Program-made: the position numbers and the translations under genes | The notes under the pieces: generated by a model | Database searches by the model: none | What the model was told of the DNA's origin: nothing | What the model saw: the letters and a program-made list of their open reading frames with translations, nothing else | Assembly: GCA_964586255.1 (NCBI GenBank) | Contig: CAZPGE010000001.1 | Span: 750-64,749, forward strand | Direction: 5' to 3' | From: an uncultured Candidatus Saccharibacteria bacterium | Lineage (GTDB): Bacteria; Patescibacteriota; Minisyncoccia; Phycocordibacterales; UBA2100 | DNA: 64,000 nt | Shown: piece after piece, positions 45,098-52,095 of the stretch | How positions within the stretch are numbered: position 1 is the stretch's first letter | Layout of the letters: the number at the start of each line of letters is the position of its first letter

Positions 45098-46462
45098 CTA
45101 GCGCGCCGGGACATCAAAGAGAGACCTCCCAACCTTTTCCCCGGCTAGATACCGGGAGATTACACGACCGCCGTGTATCGATGGGAGAATACCGACGCCG
45201 TTGCATCCCAGATTGTAGAGAAGCACAGGATTCTGTGGCTCGGGGCCGATGAGCCGCACACCGTTGCGTGTATAGCCCATGAGTCCGTGCCATGTAAATA
45301 CATACTCGATCTTTTTGTTTGAACCAAGGTCGTACACCTTGTGAATAAATTCGTCGAGTTTCATCTCTGCATCGTCGGGGAAGCCAGCCTCAAAATTGTA
45401 CGCCTCACCTTCCTCCGGATCGTACTCCGGTCCGCCGACTGATATTAAATTGTGATGAAGCCCCTTCTCGTACTCGTACGGTCGCCTCGTCAGGTAGAAA
45501 TAATCATTCTCGATACTCGCATCAGGCTCGGTATAGTAGCTGATGGCAATGGGAGGCTTATTGAGGTTTTCAAGATACCCAGACATATACCCTACTTTGC
45601 CGCGAATGAGGTGGTGATACCGCGCATCTATCTCCAGGCCCGCTTCGTTGATGATGTGGATGTTTTCAAATCCATTGGTGCAGAGTACGACTCGAGCCGC
45701 ATCCACCACGTACGTATCTGCGTCGAGTACCGCATGCTCTTTGTACAGCAGTACTTTGTGCACCGGCGTATGCTCATAGAGGGCGAAGCGATTCGGATAC
45801 TTTTTTTGGAGATGCAGGATGATTTCTTGGCAGAGGAGCGCGCTATTGATAACCCCCTTCTGGAAGGAGATAACGGCGATGAATCCGGGCATTTTTGTCT
45901 CAAGCAATTCGTCGATTCTCCCTTGGGGCACCAGAGCGTATGCGCCGCTGTACTCTCTAGGTATCGCTTTCGCAAATGCGGCATCCTCCGAGATAAGAAG
46001 ATCTCGCGTGTCGATTCCTGCCTCGCGTCGAAGTTTGTTGGCCTCGAGGTGTGATTTTACTTGCTGGAAGCTCGAGAGACCTCCGTGGCCGATAAACCGC
46101 GAGAAGGGGATGTCCGCAGCGGCGTCGGAATACATTTCATCGAGCAGTTCCCATGCGCCCACGATCGAGTTCTCCGCATCGGCCGCGAGTGAGAGGCCAA
46201 ATTCTCGCGCAAGCGATGCAAAGCCGCGTTCAAAGTAACTCACGACCTGTCCCGCATTGTGGCCCGTAGCTCCATGCGCGAGTTTAAACTTCTCCAGCAG
46301 TACGACGCTCTTGTCGGTGTATTTCAGTGTAAAAAAGGCGGAGGCGACTCCTGCTATGCCGGCGCCGATTATCGCGACGTCTGTGGAGATGTCGGACGTC
46401 AGTCTTGCGTGCGGCCGCTCGTGATTGAGTTGGTGAATCCAAGGAGAGCGATTCGTCTTCAT
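45098..46462 (-). CDS. FAD-dependent oxidoreductase (DAO / glycine oxidase family)
   Basis: N-terminal dinucleotide fold DVAIIGAGIAGVASA; 454 aa. Confidence 0.7.
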   Translation of the reverse strand: MKTNRSPWIHQLNHERPHARLTSDISTDVAIIGAGIAGVASAFFTLKYTDKSVVLLEKFKLAHGATGHNAGQVVSYFERGFASLAREFGLSLAADAENSIVGAWELLDEMYSDAAADIPFSRFIGHGGLSSFQQVKSHLEANKLRREAGIDTRDLLISEDAAFAKAIPREYSGAYALVPQGRIDELLETKMPGFIAVISFQKGVINSALLCQEIILHLQKKYPNRFALYEHTPVHKVLLYKEHAVLDADTYVVDAARVVLCTNGFENIHIINEAGLEIDARYHHLIRGKVGYMSGYLENLNKPPIAISYYTEPDASIENDYFYLTRRPYEYEKGLHHNLISVGGPEYDPEEGEAYNFEAGFPDDAEMKLDEFIHKVYDLGSNKKIEYVFTWHGLMGYTRNGVRLIGPEPQNPVLLYNLGCNGVGILPSIHGGRVISRYLAGEKVGRSLFDVPAR

Positions 46463-46486
46463 CGAGGATGATTATAGCAAGTGCGC

Positions 46487-46520
46487 AAAAGAAAAACCCC
46501 GGTTCCCCGGGGTGTTTTCT
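46487..46520. terminator. rho-independent terminator downstream of the cold-shock gene
   Basis: A-run, hairpin CCCCGG-TTCC-CCGGGG, T-run; it terminates the minus-strand csp transcript. Confidence 0.65.
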
Positions 46521-46532
46521 CAAGACGCGGTA

Positions 46533-46733
46533 TTATGCGCGGCTAACCTTGATCGCGTTCGGGCCCTTCGGGCTCTCTGCGACTTCGAAGGTCAACTTGT
46601 CTCCTTCGCGGAGCTCGTCAAACGATACGCCGACGAGTTCGTTGGAGTGGAAAAAGAGATCCTTTTCCTGACCTTCGACCTTGATGAACCCGAATCCCTT
46701 ATCGGTGAGGCGGGCGATTGTTCCTGTTTGCAT
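46533..46733 (-). CDS. cold-shock protein (CspA family)
   Basis: 66 aa with RNP1/RNP2 motifs KGFGFI and DLFFH. Confidence 0.9.
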   Translation of the reverse strand: MQTGTIARLTDKGFGFIKVEGQEKDLFFHSNELVGVSFDELREGDKLTFEVAESPKGPNAIKVSRA

Positions 46734-46848
46734 AGCAATGTGGTTGATCTTGGATAAATATCAACGACAGGGGGCTGGAGTGGAAGCTCGATCCTCACTT
46801 CTCTGGATCAGCTCTGGAATTGATAGAGGAATGATATCATGCGCCCTT

Positions 46849-47907
46849 TTACTTGTCAATGACCTGGTCGCGCTCAGTCGATGCATGGATTATCGATACC
46901 GTGGTGCCTTTTGGGGTACTGCTTCTGAGCACTGTCGCATTGAGCTGCTTTGCGAGTGACTCAACAATATTTGTCCCCAAGCCCTCCCTCTGCTTCTGTT
47001 TGCTCGCCGACATACCGATGCCGTCGTCTCGCACAGCGAGAGTCCATCCGTCATCCTGTGCCACGAAACTCACGACAACATTGCCTTCTCCGCTCGGGAA
47101 CGCATGTTTGAGCGCGTTGATGACGAGTTCGGTAGTAATAAGCCCAAGTCCAATCGCTTCATCGGGAAGCACGCTACCGGAGCTGCCGCTCACCGTTATG
47201 GTTATCGGCTTTCGCCCGCCAATCATAGATCTCGCGATGCTCTGACTCAAGGTCCGCAAATACTCCACGACCGGCACTTCGTGTCCGTCACCTACTGGGT
47301 CAAGATTGCGCTGCACAGTGGCGATAGAGAGAATGCGATCGTGTGCGTCTTCCAAATGGAGGCGGCTTTCCTCCGACTGCACGGTCCCAGCCTTGAGCAG
47401 GATTATGCTTGCTATGAGTTGCAGACTATTCGCAATACGGTGACGCATTTCTTTGAGAAGCGTGTCCTTCTGATGCATCAGATTGGCCTTTTGCTTTTCG
47501 ATGATTCGCTGTTCGGTAATGTCGAGGATGGAAAGCAAAAGCTCTTTTCGGTCGTCGGTGTAGCGGATCTTGCGCGCATTGACCAGAAGTGTTCTCTGTC
47601 CCAGCTTGGGGAAGTTGTGCTCAACTTCGTACCCCTCGATGGTCGTGCGGTCGGGTATTGCATTTTCGAGGAGCACGCGAAACGCGGGGATGTCCCATTC
47701 GCCATCACCGAGTTCGTAGAAAAGTTTACCGCGTGTATTTTCATACGTGAGGTTGAATTTTTTATAGAAAGCGCGACTTGCAACTACCACGCGCAGGTCA
47801 TCACTCAGTACAATCAGTGGCTCGCGGATGGTGTCGATTATCGCCAGGGTCAACGGATGGCCATCCTGTGGGTCGCCGAGTGGGTCTGTACCCCCTCGTT
47901 TGTTCAC
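46849..47907 (-). CDS. PAS-domain sensor histidine kinase (HisKA_2/HWE type)
   Basis: N-terminal PAS fold, H-box EMRHRIANSLQLIASIIL, C-terminal HATPase region; no TM helices, so it is cytoplasmic. Confidence 0.7.
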   Translation of the reverse strand: MNKRGGTDPLGDPQDGHPLTLAIIDTIREPLIVLSDDLRVVVASRAFYKKFNLTYENTRGKLFYELGDGEWDIPAFRVLLENAIPDRTTIEGYEVEHNFPKLGQRTLLVNARKIRYTDDRKELLLSILDITEQRIIEKQKANLMHQKDTLLKEMRHRIANSLQLIASIILLKAGTVQSEESRLHLEDAHDRILSIATVQRNLDPVGDGHEVPVVEYLRTLSQSIARSMIGGRKPITITVSGSSGSVLPDEAIGLGLITTELVINALKHAFPSGEGNVVVSFVAQDDGWTLAVRDDGIGMSASKQKQREGLGTNIVESLAKQLNATVLRSSTPKGTTVSIIHASTERDQVIDK

Positions 47908-47984
47908 CTATGCATCGTACGTTATTGGGTACGAAAAGCGAGGATGAATACCTCATGTGTTCTTCATCTGAACAAAGCTAGTAT

Positions 47985-48773
47985 GTGTTCATGAATAACA
48001 ACACAACCGTCCTCGTAGGTCTTATTGCCCTCGTGATTATTGGAGCTGGAGTATATTTCGTGTATTCGCAGAATGGGGACATGGGTCCCAGTGCGACCTC
48101 GACCGTCTCGGGCGGCGATGGGACTGTCGTCGACGTAAACGGTGATGTCACCTCACCGACACCCACCGCGCCATCCGTATCTACTGATGCGACCGTCGCA
48201 CCGACAGATACGACCGCGGTAGTGACGGGCACGGTGGTGCCCAATGGTTCAGCCACGAATTATTGGTACGAATACGGCCCGACCACGAGTCTTGGGAGCA
48301 AAACAGGTGAACAAATCATAGGCTCGGGATTCGCTTCGATACCTACCCCTGGGTACATTACAGGGCTTACCAAAAATACAACCTATTATTTCAGACTGGT
48401 CGCTAAGAATCAGTATGGGCAGGTTTCGGGCGAGCTCAACCAAGTGAAGACATCGCAAAATACTCCTGCACCAACCGTCGTCGCACCAAGCGCCAAGACA
48501 CTGACCGCAAGCGGAATCACCAACACCTCAGCCACGCTTGCTGGACAGGTAAATCCGAATGGTGTGATTGCACGATACTGGTTTGAGTATGGTCGCACAG
48601 ACAATCTCGGGAACACAACCGCCATCACATCGGTGGGAAGCGGAAGTGCAATAGTCCCAGCCACAGCGGTCGTCACGAATCTGCAAAGAAATACAAAATA
48701 CTTCTTCCGCATCAATTCGCAGAATCAATACGGCACGGTCAACGGAGACATCCAGACCTTCAGGACAAAATAG
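47985..48773 (+). CDS. membrane-anchored protein with two fibronectin-III-like repeats
   Basis: TM anchor, Thr/Pro-rich linker, and two repeats (TNYWYEYG..YYFRLVAKNQYG and ARYWFEYG..YFFRINSQNQYG). Confidence 0.55.
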   Translation: MFMNNNTTVLVGLIALVIIGAGVYFVYSQNGDMGPSATSTVSGGDGTVVDVNGDVTSPTPTAPSVSTDATVAPTDTTAVVTGTVVPNGSATNYWYEYGPTTSLGSKTGEQIIGSGFASIPTPGYITGLTKNTTYYFRLVAKNQYGQVSGELNQVKTSQNTPAPTVVAPSAKTLTASGITNTSATLAGQVNPNGVIARYWFEYGRTDNLGNTTAITSVGSGSAIVPATAVVTNLQRNTKYFFRINSQNQYGTVNGDIQTFRTK

Positions 48774-48785
48774 TCTCTGGGACAG

Positions 48786-48875
48786 TTATCGCGCCGGATA
48801 CCAATCGGCGAGAACGACCCCAATTGCGGGGTCGTTCTCGTTGTCGAGCAGTTTGAAACGCGCCACATCCGCAAG
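48786..48875 (-). pseudogene. remnant of the 3' end of an MBL-fold hydrolase gene (paralogous to 49243..50010)
   Basis: The minus-strand translation LADVARFKLLDNENDPAIGVVLADWYPAR* parallels the C-terminus LADVEHFKQLVEAADPTIKVVLAKWY* of the intact gene 0.4 kb away. The region contains a perfect 13-bp inverted repeat. Confidence 0.45.
48809..48840. repeat. perfect inverted repeat (13-bp arms, 6-nt loop) inside the gene remnant
   Basis: CGAGAACGACCCC-AATTGC-GGGGTCGTTCTCG. Confidence 0.7.
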
Positions 48876-48883
48876 ACTATGCA

Positions 48884-48910
48884 AGCCGCGGCATACACCG
48901 CGGCTTTTTT
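48884..48910 (+). terminator. rho-independent terminator
   Basis: AGCCGCGG-CATACA-CCGCGGCT followed by TTTTTTGG. Confidence 0.65.
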
Positions 48911-48922
48911 GGCTTGACGACG

Positions 48923-49156
48923 TCAGCGCTTCTTGAGTGCGACGTGGTGTCGGCCGTTTTTGTTGAGGCCCCGAGCATTTCCTTCGGTGGGTGCCGGGGC
49001 GATAGTACAGCGGATGGGCCTACTGCCGCCGCATACAACTTCGCAGTGACCCACTGGTTTCGTGTGTAGGTGAACGTGGCCGAATACGGCCTGTCCGTGT
49101 GTCGAGTCACGAACGAGCTTATAGAGCTCCGAGGTAACAGGAACTTGATTTGGCAT
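48923..49156 (-). CDS. small Cys/His-rich hypothetical protein (possible zinc ribbon)
   Basis: 77 aa (MPNQVPVT..HVHLHTKPVGHCEVVCGGSRPIRC..) preceded by a strong SD GGGAGGAGGG 7 nt upstream. Immediately downstream of the MBL-fold gene on the same strand. Confidence 0.4.
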   Translation of the reverse strand: MPNQVPVTSELYKLVRDSTHGQAVFGHVHLHTKPVGHCEVVCGGSRPIRCTIAPAPTEGNARGLNKNGRHHVALKKR

Positions 49157-49242
49157 GGTGAAGCCCTCCTCCCTGCAGGATAGAACACATTTCTTCGATG
49201 GGCGAGCGCGTCCACTGGACAAGCCGCCGCACAAGCAATGGG

Positions 49243-50010
49243 TTAGTACCACTTGGCGAGAACGACCTTGATAGTAGGGTCAGCCGCCTCGACAAGCTGT
49301 TTGAAGTGCTCGACATCGGCAAGTCCGCCTGGGCCACGATAGTGATATGGGTACACAATCTTCGGCTTGAATGCGAGCACCGCATCTGCGGCTTCTTCGA
49401 CGCTCATAGTGTAGGGGAGATTCATGGGAACGAGCGCCACGTCGATGTTTGTGAGTGCGCGCATCTCGGGAGTGCCTGCCGTATCTCCCGCAATGTACAC
49501 GCGGTACCCATCTTTCTCGATAGCATATCCGTTGCCGCGGCCTTTTGTATGAAATGCGCTTTCGGATTCAGGGATGTTGTACATGGGGAGAGCCTTGATG
49601 CGGAATCCCTGCTCTTCGATAGTCTCGCCGTTGTGCATGACAATCACACGAGGGGCGAGAGATCCGGGGAGCATATCTGCGACTGCTTGCGGTGCGATTA
49701 TTGTGGCGTCGCCAGTGATTGCTTCGAGCGTGCTCGTGCTCAAGTGATCGCCGTGTATATCCGTAAGAAGAATGATGTCCGGCGCGGGCTGTCCCGCGAA
49801 TGCTTCTGCGCCCCCGAGCGGGTCTGTATAAAGTGTATCGCCGTCCCAAGCGATGACCGCTGAGGCGTGTTCTATGGGAATAATTTTTACAAGAGGTTTC
49901 GTGGCCTTGTCCATATCTCCTTGTTTTTCATTATATATGTAGAGGTTACATGCAGAGAAGCCGATCGCCAAAGTCGCGATACCTGATATGAGTACAACGG
50001 GCAGCTTCAT
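49243..50010 (-). CDS. MBL-fold metallo-hydrolase with N-terminal signal/anchor
   Basis: HGDH-type metal motif LLTDIHGDH and further D/H ligands. Start at MKLPVVLISGIAT. Confidence 0.7.
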   Translation of the reverse strand: MKLPVVLISGIATLAIGFSACNLYIYNEKQGDMDKATKPLVKIIPIEHASAVIAWDGDTLYTDPLGGAEAFAGQPAPDIILLTDIHGDHLSTSTLEAITGDATIIAPQAVADMLPGSLAPRVIVMHNGETIEEQGFRIKALPMYNIPESESAFHTKGRGNGYAIEKDGYRVYIAGDTAGTPEMRALTNIDVALVPMNLPYTMSVEEAADAVLAFKPKIVYPYHYRGPGGLADVEHFKQLVEAADPTIKVVLAKWY

Positions 50011-50066
50011 ATGAGTCCATTTTACGTGCGACATAGACGTATGCCGACGCGAATTAGAGGGTGCTT

Positions 50067-50086
50067 GCATACCCCCGGGGGTATGC
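50067..50086. promoter_or_regulatory. 20-bp perfect palindrome GCATACCCCCGGGGGTATGC, candidate CsoR-family operator
   Basis: 13 nt upstream of the ATG of the DUF156 regulator. G/C-tract palindromes of the ATACC..GGTAT type are the known binding sites of CsoR-family repressors. Confidence 0.6.
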
Positions 50087-50098
50087 TATAGTCCGGCA

Positions 50099-50350
50099 AT
50101 GAAGAACACATCACACGCTCAATTATCAGCCCACATCGCCCGGATAGAAGGTCAACTTGCGGGCGCGCGACATGCGCTGGAGAAGGACGATTGCGCCAAG
50201 GTGGCGCGTACGCTCCTGGCGGCGAGCCGCTCACTTGCGAGTGTGCGCGCGACATGCGCGAGCGAATTCCTCGAGAGAAAGGTGTTTCGCAACGCGAAGG
50301 TGCAGGACACATCGCTTCTCTCAGACATCAGAGCTCTTATCAAAGCATAA
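50099..50350 (+). CDS. CsoR/RcnR/CstR-family (DUF156) repressor, two-Cys variant
   Basis: RIEGQLAG..L motif of DUF156; Cys32 and Cys53 but no His at the CsoR metal-ligand positions. Confidence 0.65.
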   Translation: MKNTSHAQLSAHIARIEGQLAGARHALEKDDCAKVARTLLAASRSLASVRATCASEFLERKVFRNAKVQDTSLLSDIRALIKA

Positions 50351-50367
50351 ACACTATCTCAACCCAT

Positions 50368-50688
50368 ATGTCATTCTTTAGTACTTTACCGTCCGTAAGC
50401 GTGAAAGATGCCGCACAGAAAGTTACCGACGCCGGTGCTGTACTCGTGGATGTTCGCATGCCCGACGAGTACGCATCTGGGCATGCGCGCGGCGCGATTA
50501 ATTGTCCGCTGCCATCTATCACATCATGCGCGGAGAAACTGGCGGGGTACAAAACTGTGTACGTGATATGTCGCTCTGGTGGTCGCAGTGCGTCTGGGGC
50601 GTCGCAGCTCATATCGCGCGGCATCAATGCTATCAACGTGAGCGGTGGCACGCTCGCCTGGGAAGAGGAGGGTCTTCCTATCGATTAA
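50368..50688 (+). CDS. single-domain rhodanese (sulfurtransferase)
   Basis: Active-site loop CRSGGRS and a DVR..EY..GH motif; 106 aa. Confidence 0.75.
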   Translation: MSFFSTLPSVSVKDAAQKVTDAGAVLVDVRMPDEYASGHARGAINCPLPSITSCAEKLAGYKTVYVICRSGGRSASGASQLISRGINAINVSGGTLAWEEEGLPID

Positions 50689-50707
50689 ATATTTCCCAAA
50701 CTTCGCT

Positions 50708-51595
50708 ATGTCATCACTAAAACCAGTCGTTGCATCGTTCTTCGATCCCGCGACCAATACTATTTCGCACATCGTATCTGACCCCGCTACGAAGCACGCG
50801 GCTATTATCGACAGTGTTATGGACTATGAGCCCGCGAGCGCGACAATCTCATATGAAAGTGCCGACGCCATAATCGCCCATGTGCAGAAAGAAAGTCTCA
50901 TTGTTGAGTGGATTCTCGAGACCCACGTTCATGCGGACCATCTTTCTGCGGCGCCATATCTTCAGCAAAGGCTCGGCGGTCAACTCGCCATCGGTGAGAA
51001 AATCGTGGATGTACAGAATATCTTCGGTAAAGTTTTCAATGCCGGAACGGAGTTCGCGCGCGATGGAAGTCAATTCGACGTGCTTTGGAAAGACGGCGAT
51101 ACATTTTCAGTGGGCGCTATTGCAGCGCGCGTGATATATACGCCCGGACATACGCCTGCTGACGTGAGCTATGTGATAGGGGATACCGTGTTTGTCGGCG
51201 ACACGCTCTTCATGCCCGATTACGGTTCTGCACGATGCGATTTCCCCGGCGGCAGTGCAGAGGCGCTTTATGAATCAGTCCAGAAGATATTTGCGCTTCC
51301 GGAGGAGACGCGCATGTTTCTCTGCCACGATTACCTTCCTGCGGGGAGGGACAGCTATGCATGGGAGACTAGTGTGGGAGAGCAAAAACGTTTCAATGTG
51401 CATCTGCAATCTGGCAAAACCAAGGACAGCTTTGTGCGCGACCGCATGACTCGCGACGAGACACTTGGTGCGCCGAAGCTCATTATTCCATCTCTCCAGG
51501 TCAACATGCGCTCGGGCGAGCTGCCGCCACCAGAAGACAACGGCCAGACCTACCTCAAAGTGCCGGTGAATAGTGTGTTTAGTAAAAAGAAGTAG
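50708..51595 (+). CDS. MBL-fold metallo-hydrolase, glyoxalase-II/persulfide-dioxygenase-like
   Basis: ETHVHADH (HxHxDH) motif and a later TPGHTPAD motif. Follows the rhodanese on the same strand. Confidence 0.6.
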   Translation: MSSLKPVVASFFDPATNTISHIVSDPATKHAAIIDSVMDYEPASATISYESADAIIAHVQKESLIVEWILETHVHADHLSAAPYLQQRLGGQLAIGEKIVDVQNIFGKVFNAGTEFARDGSQFDVLWKDGDTFSVGAIAARVIYTPGHTPADVSYVIGDTVFVGDTLFMPDYGSARCDFPGGSAEALYESVQKIFALPEETRMFLCHDYLPAGRDSYAWETSVGEQKRFNVHLQSGKTKDSFVRDRMTRDETLGAPKLIIPSLQVNMRSGELPPPEDNGQTYLKVPVNSVFSKKK

Positions 51596-51759
51596 CTCCT
51601 CACGCTGAGAGTCGACCGATTGCGCACGAGAGGTACGAGTGGCCTTTTTTGAGAAGACTCTCAGCCTCGGGCGTATTTGTCTCTGGGCATTTCGATTCGC
51701 TCAGTGTCTTGCGTCCTGTCTTCACGACCCTCTCGTTGCTTTTACGCATTTGACGAGAT

Positions 51760-51776
51760 ATACCCCCTGGGGGTAT
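51760..51776. promoter_or_regulatory. 17-bp palindrome ATACCCCC-T-GGGGGTAT, candidate CsoR-family operator
   Basis: 10 nt upstream of the second DUF156 regulator ATG; near-identical to the palindrome at 50067. Confidence 0.6.
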
Positions 51777-51785
51777 CATGTGCAC

Positions 51786-52058
51786 ATGAAAGTTGAAACA
51801 AAAGCCAAGGTTTCTCGTCGGCTCAGCCTCATACAGGGTCAACTGAGAGGCCTCGCGAAGATGGTGGAGGAGGAGCAATATTGCGTAGACATCATTATTC
51901 AGTCAAGCGCAATTAAAGAAGCGTTGTCCGGCGTGGAGGACATACTACTTGAAAATCACCTTACAACCCACGTCATTCATCAGATAAAGAATGGGAAAAG
52001 TAAAAAAGCGGTTGAGGAAATTTTAAAGGTTTATAAGCTCGCGCAAAAGAAAAAATAA
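51786..52058 (+). CDS. CsoR/RcnR-family metal-sensing repressor
   Basis: LSLIQGQLRGL..YCVDIIIQ...ENHLTTHVIH: DUF156 with a Cys33/His58/His62 ligand set. Confidence 0.7.
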   Translation: MKVETKAKVSRRLSLIQGQLRGLAKMVEEEQYCVDIIIQSSAIKEALSGVEDILLENHLTTHVIHQIKNGKSKKAVEEILKVYKLAQKKK

Positions 52059-52095
52059 CATGAACAGCTTTGACAACCAAAGAGATTAATCAATC

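Noticed and set aside
45452-46054. 200-aa plus-strand ORF
   Set aside because: It is antisense to the FAD oxidoreductase gene.
47104-47994. 296-aa plus-strand ORF
   Set aside because: It is antisense to the PAS histidine kinase, whose H-box and ATPase motifs define the real frame.
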